A stretch of 15,443 bases of DNA from Calditrichia bacterium (GCA_037381445.1 JARRQT010000105.1:1-15443); one strand, 5' to 3'. Positions 1 through 9,046 are shown, counted from the stretch's first letter. The notes: generated by a model from the sequence alone, not told the origin. Program-made: numbers and translations.

Positions 1-402
1 CTGTGGGCCAGCGGCACTTCCCTGATCGGCCTTATTCTTGGGACCTATCTGACAAAGCCTACCCCGAGCCATGTTCTGTTCAATTTTTACAGAACCACCC
101 GGCCCTTTGGCTGGTGGCATCCGGTGCGCAAACGGTTGCCGGAAGCGGTTCTTCAGGATATTAAAAAAGAAAACAAACGCGATATCATCGCCACCTTTTT
201 TGCGGTGCCCTGGCAGGTTGTTCTCTTTCTGACAGGAATGACTATCATCATGCGGACGTGGGTGTCCTTCTCCTATCTGTTTATTATCCTGATCGGACTA
301 TCCGGCGGGCTGTACTATTTCTGGTTCCGGCATCTGTCCGCGGAAGTGAGTGTGGAAAAAGTGCCGGAAGAAACAGAGCTAAGTTATGATAAAGTGGATT
401 AA
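1..402 (+). CDS. Sodium:solute symporter (SSS) family protein, C-terminal part (5' end outside the window)
   Basis: The frame is open from base 1: LWASGTSLIGLILGTYLTKPTPSHVLFNFYRTTRPFGWWHPVRKRL... The 'TxPT...L..FY...RP.G.W' pattern followed by two hydrophobic helices is typical of the C-terminus of SSS sugar symporters. The listed ORF 124..402 is only the tail. It overlaps the next gene by 17 nt. Confidence 0.75.
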   Translation: MWASGTSLIGLILGTYLTKPTPSHVLFNFYRTTRPFGWWHPVRKRLPEAVLQDIKKENKRDIIATFFAVPWQVVLFLTGMTIIMRTWVSFSYLFIILIGLSGGLYYFWFRHLSAEVSVEKVPEETELSYDKVD

Positions 403-1633
403 ATACATTTTTATATTGATCCTGCTAAGCCTGGCGCTGACCAACTGGGGGTGTTCTGATTCATCAAATTCAAAAATTGTCATATGGACATCGCTCAGGC
501 CGGTGGAGCGGAATCTCCTGCAGCAGAAACTGAATAAGTTCGGTGAAAAGTATCCGGGGTATCAGTTCATTCAATTATTCTATGCTCCCGAAGAGCTCCG
601 CACAAATTTCATTATCTCTTCTCTGGCCGGTAAGGGCCCGGCTTTGATCCATTGCGCCAGCGATTTCATCGGGCCTCTATCGGAGCTGGAAGTGATCAAA
701 CCGCTTGAGAATCAGTTTGACCAAACATTTCTCGACAGTTTCATTACCGAACCCTTTCCGGCAAATACGGTTTTCGACGGCCATTTATTCCAGATTGCCG
801 ATCGGGTTGGAAATCATTTGTGCCTGGTTTATAACAAACAATTGGTACCTACCCCTCCCAAAACAATTTCCGAACTGATTGCCGTGGGGGAAAAACTGGT
901 CCGCGACACTAACGGAGATGGCCGGCCCGATACCTATGCGCTGGCCTGGAATTATACCGAACCCGCCTTCGCGGTTCCTTTCATCGGTGGATACGGCGGC
1001 TGGGTAGTGGATGACAATAAAAATCCCACATTGAATACGCCTGCTGTGGTCAAAGCCGCTCAGTTGATATATGATTTGGGCAACAAATATAAGATCATTC
1101 CCCGCGAAAGCGATTATGAAACGGCGAACGCCCTGTTTCTGGACCGGCGAGTGGCGATGATCATTAACGGCCCCTGGTCGTGGGGGACTTACATCAAAAG
1201 CGGGATTGATATCGGTCTGGCGCGTATTCCCAAAATTGATGAAACGGGCCTTTGGCCTACGCCCATGGTTTTCCCCATGGGGTACTGCTTCAATAACAAT
1301 CTGAAAGGCGAAAGATTAAAGATTACTGTCGAACTTGTAAAATATCTGACATCTCCTGCCGTCGAACTGGAATTCGGCGAGCAGTTCAATATCATACCTT
1401 CCCGCAAGGCGGCTATCAATAATCCTGTGCTCAGGAATAATCCGCTTTTTGAACAGGCGCTGGATCAGATGATGGTGGGTCGTCCCATGCCCGTTTATAC
1501 GGAAATGCGCTGGATTTGGGATGCCATGCGGCCCGCTTATCAGGGGATTTTCACTAACCAGAAATCCCCCGAACAGGCCGCGGAGGAAATGCAGAAATTA
1601 GCTGAAAAAATGATTTCGGAAAACCGGGATTAA
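386..1633 (+). CDS. Maltose/maltodextrin-type ABC transporter substrate-binding lipoprotein (MalE/MdxE-like)
   Basis: 415 aa with a lipoprotein-like signal (MIKWIK...LSLALTNWG-C). Sugar-binding-protein motifs include LVYNKQLVPTPPKT and AMIINGPW, plus the C-terminal PEQAAEEMQ. It lies directly upstream of two CUT1 permeases and among amylases. Confidence 0.9.
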   Translation: MIKWIKYIFILILLSLALTNWGCSDSSNSKIVIWTSLRPVERNLLQQKLNKFGEKYPGYQFIQLFYAPEELRTNFIISSLAGKGPALIHCASDFIGPLSELEVIKPLENQFDQTFLDSFITEPFPANTVFDGHLFQIADRVGNHLCLVYNKQLVPTPPKTISELIAVGEKLVRDTNGDGRPDTYALAWNYTEPAFAVPFIGGYGGWVVDDNKNPTLNTPAVVKAAQLIYDLGNKYKIIPRESDYETANALFLDRRVAMIINGPWSWGTYIKSGIDIGLARIPKIDETGLWPTPMVFPMGYCFNNNLKGERLKITVELVKYLTSPAVELEFGEQFNIIPSRKAAINNPVLRNNPLFEQALDQMMVGRPMPVYTEMRWIWDAMRPAYQGIFTNQKSPEQAAEEMQKLAEKMISENRD

Positions 1634-1665
1634 ACCAAAACCAGAAATTTGATTGAAATTTATAT

Positions 1666-2565
1666 ATGGCGGCAATTAGCGGAAAATTAGGAAATACCAA
1701 TCGCCTGGCGTATTTATACACGGCGCCGGCGATTATCATCATGAGCCTGGTTGTGCTGTATCCCTTTATTTATAATGTGGTCATTTCGTTCTCCAATATG
1801 AATCTTACCCACTTTCGCGATTGGTCACTGAAGGGACTGGACAGCTACTGGCAGGTCATCACAGAGCGAAGTTTCTGGTATTTTCTTTTCAAAACGGTAC
1901 TATGGACGGTGGTGAACCTGGTTTTTCATGTGGGATTGGGCGTTTTTCTGGCCCTGATTCTCAATAAAGATATCAAGGGGAAATCCATCTACCGCACGCT
2001 GCTCATTCTTCCCTGGGCGGTTCCGCAATACATTACTGCGCTTACCTGGCGCGGAATGTTTAATTCCGAATACGGTGCGGTTAATCTGTTACTGGAACGT
2101 TTTCTGGGGCTGCAGATTCCCTGGTTGTCGACGGAATGGGGCGCTTTTACTGCCTGTCTGATCACCAATATCTGGCTGGGATTTCCCTTTATGATGATTG
2201 TTGCGCTGGGGGGACTCCAGAGCATTCCGGACGAACTTTATGAAGCCGCGGATATCGATGGTGCTACAGCATTGCAGAAATTTAAAAATATCACCATGCC
2301 GCTTCTGAAACCGGTGATGGTGCCGGCTATCACGCTCGGCGTTATCTGGACTTTCAATAATTTTAATGTGGTCTGGCTGGTGAGTAACGGGGGAGAGCCG
2401 TCCGATACCACGCACATTTTGGTGAGCTGGGTTTACAAGGCTGCCTTTACCTATTTCCGGATGGGATATGCGGCCGCTTTCTCCATGATCATTTTTGCGA
2501 TTCTTTTTGTATTCGGGTGGCGTTTCATCAAGGCCACCCGAGCTGCGGAAAATGTATATGGCTAG
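1666..2565 (+). CDS. Carbohydrate ABC transporter permease (MalF-like)
   Basis: 299 aa, multiple TM segments, YRTLLILPWAVP, EAA loop LYEAADIDGAT, and WTFNNFNVVWL...GGEP. Confidence 0.93.
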   Translation: MAAISGKLGNTNRLAYLYTAPAIIIMSLVVLYPFIYNVVISFSNMNLTHFRDWSLKGLDSYWQVITERSFWYFLFKTVLWTVVNLVFHVGLGVFLALILNKDIKGKSIYRTLLILPWAVPQYITALTWRGMFNSEYGAVNLLLERFLGLQIPWLSTEWGAFTACLITNIWLGFPFMMIVALGGLQSIPDELYEAADIDGATALQKFKNITMPLLKPVMVPAITLGVIWTFNNFNVVWLVSNGGEPSDTTHILVSWVYKAAFTYFRMGYAAAFSMIIFAILFVFGWRFIKATRAAENVYG

Positions 2566-2646
2566 CGCAACTCAGGCAGGTGTCTTTTATTTGAGCAGAT
2601 AAAGAATCAGGATCCGAAACGTAATTTTTAACGGAGTTTTTATTAA

Positions 2647-3492
2647 ATGGCAAGAAAACCACGGGATTTGTCACTGAAAGGGAAGTGGGGGGCCTATATG
2701 GTTCTCACTGCCTTTACCCTGTTTGCAATTTACCCTGTATTGCGGGTTATCTCCATTTCTCTGCGTCCCGGGGACCGGCTTCTGAGCAAATCCCTGGCGG
2801 TCATTCCGGAAGGGGCAAATTTCCATTCCTATTACCAGTTGTTTTTCGAACAGCCGTTTCTGCACTGGATGTGGAACAGCATCGTCATATCCGTGGCCGT
2901 TACGCTGGTCGGAGTTGGAATGGCAGCAACCGCGGGTTATGCCTTTTCCCGCTACAAATTTCGCGGAAAGGGAAGCTTCTTGCTGGGGATCATCACCACC
3001 CAGATGTTTCCGGTTACCATGCTGTTGCTTCCGCTCTTCATTATGCTGATTTACCTGGGATTATACGATTCCTACCTGGGACTGATCGTTGCCTATTCGG
3101 CAACTGCTTTGCCGTTTACCGTATGGCAGATGAAAGGATATTACGATACCATTCCCCTGAGTCTGGAAGAGGCCGCCATGATTGACGGCGCCGGCCCATT
3201 CTTCGCATTTTATCGCATTATTTTGCCCCTGGCGCTCCCGGCCCTGGCCATATCCGCGCTGTTTTCATTTATGGCTGCCTGGTCGGAATATCTGGTAGCG
3301 GCGGTTCTGATTCAGGACCGCTCCCTGTTCACGCTGCCGCTGGGGCTGAAGCTGTTTCAGTCCAATATGGAGGTCGCCTGGGGGTTATATTCTGCCGGGG
3401 CGGTAATGGTGAGTATTCCGGTCGTGGTAGTGTTCATGCTGCTCAGTCGCTGGCTGATTTCCGGCTTGACACTGGGCAGTGTAAAAGGGTAA
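2647..3492 (+). CDS. Carbohydrate ABC transporter permease (MalG-like)
   Basis: 281 aa with AGYAFSRYKFRGK, QMFP, GYYDTIPLSLEEAAMIDGA (EAA loop) and terminal SGLTLGSVKG. GGAG lies upstream at about 2633. Confidence 0.93.
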   Translation: MARKPRDLSLKGKWGAYMVLTAFTLFAIYPVLRVISISLRPGDRLLSKSLAVIPEGANFHSYYQLFFEQPFLHWMWNSIVISVAVTLVGVGMAATAGYAFSRYKFRGKGSFLLGIITTQMFPVTMLLLPLFIMLIYLGLYDSYLGLIVAYSATALPFTVWQMKGYYDTIPLSLEEAAMIDGAGPFFAFYRIILPLALPALAISALFSFMAAWSEYLVAAVLIQDRSLFTLPLGLKLFQSNMEVAWGLYSAGAVMVSIPVVVVFMLLSRWLISGLTLGSVKG

Positions 3493-3687
3493 TGTCTGTG
3501 GTTTGATGTTTGGGAGGAGTTCAAAATATTTGATGTAAGGTATGTCATTTTTGCATTCATTTTCTCTTTGACGGGATTGAAATGGAGGCAGTCTGATACT
3601 CTATAAATGGAAATAATTCATCCGGACTCAATAGAATCTGTGCAGCAATTGAAACAGGAAGTTTGGCTTAGTTATAAGGAGTTTGAA

Positions 3688-4590
3688 ATGGTACCAGAAA
3701 AAATTGCCAAAAAAATGACTGAACTGGGGTTCACCAAATACGAGGCAAAGGCTTATGTTTCTCTCCTCAATAATTTTCCGGTGACGCGTTATGAATTGAG
3801 CAAAGAAAGCGGCGTGCCCCGTTCCGCTATTTATGATGTCATCCGCCGGCTGGAAAGCTATGGCGCAGTGAATGCCCTGTCGACCCAGCCTGAAAAATAT
3901 ATCCCTCTGCCGCCCGAGGAATTTTTGAAAATGCTGGAAAGGCGTTATCTGGAAAAACTGGAGGATTTCAGAGACGGACTTTCAGAAGTCGATACGGATA
4001 TTGAGATTGGACAATTGTGGAATATCACCGGTTACACAAATCTGATTTCAAAGGCCAAAGAAATGATTGCCGATGCACAGGAAGAAATTTACGTTTCCGG
4101 GTGGAAATGTGAAATCGCTGAGATAGAGAAGGAGCTGCGCGAAGCGGTGGCTCGCGGGGTAAAAGTGGTGCTTTTTTCATTTACCAAAATCCCCGAAATT
4201 GGAATGGTTTTTAGTTATGGACTGCACGAACGGGAACTTGAGAAAATATGGGATCACAAGCTCATTCTGCTGCGGGACCGCAAGGAATTGCTGATGGGGG
4301 AAGCAAACAAAAAGATTCAGTGCCAAGCGGCATGGACAAAGAACAAAGCTATCGTCGGTATTGCGGCCAATCATATTGTTCTGGATATTACCCTTTACGG
4401 CCTGCGTGCCGGAATCGACGTGAGCGAGGCGGTCATTGAAATGCATCCGGGGGAATTTGAATTGCTGGGCCGTCTCCTGAAGGAAAAATTCCCGGGGAAT
4501 CCCTGGATAAACCTGAATTTTTCAAAACAAAATCTGAAAAATCATATGGAATACAGGTCTGTATTTGAAGAATTGAATAATGGAGATTGA
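3688..4590 (+). CDS. TrmB-family sugar-sensing transcriptional regulator (N-terminal winged HTH, C-terminal effector domain)
   Basis: LGFTKYEAKAYVSLL...ELSKESGVPRSAIYDVIRRLESYGAV is the TrmB HTH signature. The start at 3688 is preferred over 3607 because AAGGAG at 3676-3681 precedes it and the domain begins right after it. Confidence 0.88.
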   Translation: MVPEKIAKKMTELGFTKYEAKAYVSLLNNFPVTRYELSKESGVPRSAIYDVIRRLESYGAVNALSTQPEKYIPLPPEEFLKMLERRYLEKLEDFRDGLSEVDTDIEIGQLWNITGYTNLISKAKEMIADAQEEIYVSGWKCEIAEIEKELREAVARGVKVVLFSFTKIPEIGMVFSYGLHERELEKIWDHKLILLRDRKELLMGEANKKIQCQAAWTKNKAIVGIAANHIVLDITLYGLRAGIDVSEAVIEMHPGEFELLGRLLKEKFPGNPWINLNFSKQNLKNHMEYRSVFEELNNGD

Positions 4591-4591
4591 G

Positions 4592-5904
4592 ATGCCCAAA
4601 GCGAAAGGTCTGCTTCTTATGCTGATGCTGCTTTCAGTAGTTCTGTATTGCGACAAAAAACAAGGGAGAGAAAAAGAACTCGAGAATTTTGGTGATCAGA
4701 CTGTGGCCCCGGCTCCGCTCTGGGCACAGCGCGGTGTATTATTGTCTGGCTGATGCCGATATTTCCCATCGGCGAGAAGGGACGCAAGGGCACGCTGGGC
4801 AGTCCCTATTCTGTGCGGGATTTCCGGGCAGTCAATCCCGAGTACGGCACCAAAAAAGATTTTCGCGGACTGGTGAAGGCGATTCACCAAAGGGGAATGA
4901 AAGTCATTCTGGGGATCGTCCCCAACCATTCTTCCAATGATAATGTGCTGATGAAGGAGCATCCCGACTGGTTCATGCAGGATGAGAAAGGGCAGTTTAC
5001 GCGGGAAGTGGAGGATTGGAGCGATGTCACCGATTTCAATTATGACAATCCCGCCATGCGGGAATATATGACGGAGACTTTTCTCTACTGGGTGAAAGAA
5101 TTTGATATCGACGGTTACCGCTGTGACGTGGCCGGTATGGTTCCTTATGATTTCTGGAAAGAGACCATTCGGCGACTGAAGGAAGTGAAACCGGACATTT
5201 ACATGCTGGCGGAGTGGGAAGACCCGAAAATCATTCTGGCCGGTTTCAATTCCGATTACGACTGGACGCTTTATCATCTGCTGAAGGAGGTCAGAAAATC
5301 GGAAAAAAGAACTGCGGAAGCAGTCACGTTGATAGATCAGAAGGACAGCCGTTATCCACGGAATTCGCTTCCCATGCGTTTTCTCGAAAATCACGATGAG
5401 CAGCGCAGTATGCAGGAATTTGGTCCTGAGGCCATTGAAGCTTATGCAACATTTATCTTCACCGCACCGGGAATCCCCCTGATTTATGCCGGACAGGAAA
5501 TAGGGGAGACCCAAAAGCCGTCACTGTTCGAGAAATCGATGCTGGATTGGGCGGGTGCGGATACGGCGCTTCAGAACATGTATCGTTCGCTGATCGATCT
5601 GAGAAAGCAGTATTCCTGCTTGACGGAAGGGAAATTCATCCCTCTGCAGATCGCTTCCTACTCGGGATCGGCGGGGGCATTTCTGCGGGAGGATGACAGC
5701 ACGGCGGCCGTGGTTGTATTCAATCTGCAGAACAAAACCGCCCGGAAAGTGATTGTCACCACCTCTAAAGAAGTCCGCGATCGACTGCGTGGCATTGTTT
5801 TTAAAAATTATAGGAATGCCGGTGATACCAAGACTTTTGAAAAAATATATTTTAAGGAATTATTGCCGTATCAGGCACTGGTTTATACTGCAAAAAAACA
5901 GTAA
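4592..5904 (+). pseudogene. GH13 alpha-amylase-family lipoprotein, apparently disrupted by an internal frameshifting deletion near 4740 (or an assembly error)
   Basis: ATG 4592 (GGAGA at 4582-4586, 1 nt after the trmB stop) reads MPKAKGLLLMLMLLSVVLY-CDKKQ...APAPLWAQRGVL-LSG* with stop at 4751-4753. The GH13 body resumes in another frame at 4741 (IVWLMPIFPIG...GSPYSVRDF) with intact GYRCDVA, LAEWE and FLENHDE. The expected YEI..R.F...G.....L..L..LG segment is missing. Confidence 0.75.
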
Positions 5905-5956
5905 CGTTTGCATTTCGGAGATTGGTCCTGTTTCGCAATAAGAGGAGAGATATAAA

Positions 5957-8827
5957 ATGAAGTATTTTTTTACATTTGCGGTGCTAATCATATTTTTTAC
6001 CAACACTTTCGCGCAGAACGGAAGCTGGTGGACACCCAGCCATCCGCTGTCGGGAGACACAATCACTATCAGTTTTGATCCGACCCAGAATTCGGAAATC
6101 CCCAGCACAATAACAAGCCTGATTCTGCATTGGGGTGTGAATGAGCTGGGCAGCGGGAAATGGCAGATACCGCCGGATAGTTTGTGGCCTGTAGGAAGTG
6201 TTCTCTACAATAATGAGGCAGTCAGATCTCCCATGATTAAGATATCCACAACCCTGTGGCAGATAAAAGTGCCTACGGATACTTCCATTCATACACTGCA
6301 TTATGTATTTAATTCGGGTAATTACTGGGGACATAATACCGGCGGCACGAATTGGGATATTACCCTGTATCAGTCGGCCTTGACGCCGGTTCTGCTGGAG
6401 CCGCAGATTGATGATTCGTTCGGGGATCCCCGGCGCTCGCCGGTCTTTGCTGAATCCGGTGACACCGTGCATGTGGTGGGGACGGCAGTGACGCAGAATA
6501 CCAAAATCGATTCCCTGGCACTTTTGCTGGAAGGTTCGCGGCTTGCCTATATTTATGGGGATACCCTGAGTTACGATTTTATCGCAGCAGACTACAGCAG
6601 CGGTCTAAAGGACCTGCAGTTGGTGGCCTGGGACACCACCGGTTTTTCAGATACCACGGCATTTTATATCATGGTGAATCCGGCCATGCAGGAGAAAGCC
6701 TTGCCGGCAGGAAATGTGGACGGCATTAATTATACAGGCGCGACTTCAGTGACGCTTTCTCTCTTTGCTCCTTACAAGAAATTTGTCTATGTGCTGGGAG
6801 ATTTCAACGACTGGAAAGTGGATACCCGCTATTTCATGAAACGCGATTCCCTGAAGGCGGACAGCGTGCGCTGGTGGATTACCATCGACGGGCTGACACC
6901 GGGACAGGAATACGCCTTTCAATATTATGTGGATGGGAAAATCAGGATCGCCGATCCCTATACCCGGAAGGTGCTGGATCCCTGGAATGATCAGTATATT
7001 TCCTCCGCCACCTATCCGAATCTGAAAGCTTATCCCGCCGGAAAAACTTCCGAGCCGGTCTCGGTGCTTCAGACCGATCAGACGCCATTCCAGTGGCAAT
7101 ACACCGACAGCTATGCACGTCCGGCCAAAGAGGATCTGGTGGTCTACGAACTGCTGATCCGCGATTTCATTGCGAATCATGATTATGCCACCTTGATTGA
7201 TACATTATCCTATCTGCAGAATCTGGGAATCAATGCCATTGAGTTAATGCCCATAAACGAATTCGAAGGGAATCTGAGCTGGGGATATAATCCCTCGTTC
7301 TATTTCGCGCCGGATAAATATTACGGGCCGGCAAACGATTTGAAGAGATTTGTCGATGAGTGCCACAAGCGGGGTATTGCCGTTATTATCGATATGGTGC
7401 TGAATCACAGCTTCGGGCAGTCGCCGCTGGTGCGTCTTTACTGGGATGCCGCCAATAATCGGCCTTCTTCCCAAAATCCTTGGTATAATCCCCTTCCCAA
7501 GCACGATTTCAATGTCGGTTATGACTTCAACCATACCAGTCCCGAAACCAAGACTTTCGTGGACCGCGTCAATGCCTTCTGGCTGAAGGAATACAAGATT
7601 GATGGATACCGGTTCGATCTGACCAAGGGTTTTATGCAGACCGGCTCCTTTTATAATTACAATCAGCAGCGGATTGACCTGCTTACCCGCATGGCGGATA
7701 AGATCCGGACAGTGGATTCCACCGCCTACATTATTTTTGAGCACCTTGGCGCAAATGATGAAGAGACTGTTCTCTCCAACCACGGAATTCTGCTGTGGGG
7801 CAAAATGAACACCGAATATTCCCAGTCGGCCATGGGCTGGCTGGAAGATTCCAATCTCTCCTCCAATCTGGCCTGGGGATATTACAAGAGCCGGGGATGG
7901 ACCGAACCGAACCTGGTGACTTACATGGAAAGCCATGACGAGCAGTGGCTCATGTATAAAAATCTGCAATGGGGACGGGCAAGCGGGAATTATGATATCA
8001 AAAAGCTGAATGTTGCGCTGGACCGCATGAAACTGGTTGAGGCCTTCTTTTTAACTCTTCCCGGGCCTAAAATGATGTGGGAGTTCGAGGAACTGGGTTA
8101 CGATCAGGAACTGCCCGATAATGGCCGTACCGATTCCAAACCCATTTTATGGAATTATTATCAGCAGGAGAACCGTCGTACCCTGTATAAAGTGGTGTCC
8201 GCTCTCCTCAAACTTCGCCGGGAAAATGAGGTTTTCCGCAGCCCCGAGTCGGTTGTCAGCATGCGGGTGGGGCAGGGGCAATACGACCGCCGCATAAATA
8301 TCTCCCATCCCAGCATGAATGCGACCATTATTGGGAATTTCAATGTGGTACCGATGAATGTAAATCCCAATTTCCAGAGCACCGGGAAATGGTATGACTA
8401 TTTCTCAGGCGACAGCATCGATGTATCCGATACCCAGGCTGTTATTGCCTTGAATCCCGGGGAGTTCCGCATTTATACCGACAAGAAACTGGAAACGCCC
8501 GAACAGGGGATCGTCAGCGGCATCGATGATAATTCCAAAACCATGCCGCTGTCTTACCAGCTTAGCCAGAATTATCCCAATCCGTTTAATCCTGAAACCA
8601 AAGTGGAATTTGAAATTCCCCGGCTTCAGCATGTTCAGCTAGTGGTTTACAACATTCTGGGGCAGCAGGTGAAAGTGATCGCGGATAAAGTCTATCAACC
8701 CGGGCATTACAATCTCAAATGGGACGGGACCAATGAGCGCGGACAGAAAATGGCCAGTGGCATTTACATCCTGCATTTCAGGGCCGGAGAATTTGTCCGG
8801 AACCGGAGAATGGTCCTGATGAAATAA
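5957..8827 (+). CDS. Secreted multidomain GH13 alpha-amylase-family enzyme: signal peptide, CBM45-like module, Ig-like domain, CBM48-like domain, catalytic domain, T9SS-type/FlgD-Ig C-terminal sorting domain
   Basis: 956 aa with RBS GAGGAG at 5942-5947 and signal peptide ending TFA-Q. GH13 motifs: VYELLIRDF, IELMPINEF, SWGYNP, DMVLNH, GYRFDLTKGF, FEH, ESHDE. C-terminus LSQNYPNPFNPET...VYNILGQQV...WDGTNERGQKMASGIY. Confidence 0.92.
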   Translation: MKYFFTFAVLIIFFTNTFAQNGSWWTPSHPLSGDTITISFDPTQNSEIPSTITSLILHWGVNELGSGKWQIPPDSLWPVGSVLYNNEAVRSPMIKISTTLWQIKVPTDTSIHTLHYVFNSGNYWGHNTGGTNWDITLYQSALTPVLLEPQIDDSFGDPRRSPVFAESGDTVHVVGTAVTQNTKIDSLALLLEGSRLAYIYGDTLSYDFIAADYSSGLKDLQLVAWDTTGFSDTTAFYIMVNPAMQEKALPAGNVDGINYTGATSVTLSLFAPYKKFVYVLGDFNDWKVDTRYFMKRDSLKADSVRWWITIDGLTPGQEYAFQYYVDGKIRIADPYTRKVLDPWNDQYISSATYPNLKAYPAGKTSEPVSVLQTDQTPFQWQYTDSYARPAKEDLVVYELLIRDFIANHDYATLIDTLSYLQNLGINAIELMPINEFEGNLSWGYNPSFYFAPDKYYGPANDLKRFVDECHKRGIAVIIDMVLNHSFGQSPLVRLYWDAANNRPSSQNPWYNPLPKHDFNVGYDFNHTSPETKTFVDRVNAFWLKEYKIDGYRFDLTKGFMQTGSFYNYNQQRIDLLTRMADKIRTVDSTAYIIFEHLGANDEETVLSNHGILLWGKMNTEYSQSAMGWLEDSNLSSNLAWGYYKSRGWTEPNLVTYMESHDEQWLMYKNLQWGRASGNYDIKKLNVALDRMKLVEAFFLTLPGPKMMWEFEELGYDQELPDNGRTDSKPILWNYYQQENRRTLYKVVSALLKLRRENEVFRSPESVVSMRVGQGQYDRRINISHPSMNATIIGNFNVVPMNVNPNFQSTGKWYDYFSGDSIDVSDTQAVIALNPGEFRIYTDKKLETPEQGIVSGIDDNSKTMPLSYQLSQNYPNPFNPETKVEFEIPRLQHVQLVVYNILGQQVKVIADKVYQPGHYNLKWDGTNERGQKMASGIYILHFRAGEFVRNRRMVLMK

Positions 8828-8885
8828 AATCGCGGGAGACATTGCTGGCGTGTGCGCCGGCCGCCAGCAAACAAGAAGGTTTCCG

Positions 8886-8924
8886 GTAAAAGTCCTCCTT
8901 TTCAGTGCGAAGGAGGACTTTTAC
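8886..8924. terminator. Probable intrinsic (possibly bidirectional) terminator hairpin
   Basis: Perfect 15-bp inverted repeat GTAAAAGTCCTCCTT (8886-8900) / AAGGAGGACTTTTAC (8910-8924) with a 9-nt loop. A- and T-runs flank the GC stem. It starts 59 nt after the stop at 8827. Confidence 0.7.
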
Positions 8925-9046
8925 TTAATGTTCAGACTGGTTGAGATATGAAAAAAATACTGCTATTTTCTCCGTGCATATGCTGCCCGCGGGAGGAAAT
9001 GGTTCCCGGCCTGAATCCGGTAAATTGCCAATAAGAGGATTGTTTA

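Noticed and set aside
3568..3680. Sigma70 promoter upstream of trmB (TTGACG, TTGAAA with TATAAA/TATAAG)
   Set aside because: The spacings are 18-19 nt or the -10 overlaps the RBS, so the evidence is too weak to call.
3607..3687. Longer start for the TrmB gene
   Set aside because: The extension has no domain similarity, and ATG 3688 has a strong AAGGAG RBS at normal spacing.
4730..4760. Programmed ribosomal frameshift joining the two amylase fragments
   Set aside because: There is no slippery heptamer, and a shift would still leave about 30 conserved barrel residues missing.
4900..4930. Gly in place of Asp in GH13 region I (ILGIVPNH) as proof of pseudogene decay
   Set aside because: GGG is two changes from an Asp codon and may be a natural subfamily variant. 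This cannot be judged without an alignment of orthologues.
4696..5514. 272-aa minus-strand ORF and other long antisense ORFs (e.g. 7244-7969, 10448-11017, 5984-6472, 11030-11518)
   Set aside because: They lie opposite well-supported GH13 genes and have no recognisable motifs. They are shadow ORFs produced by codon bias.
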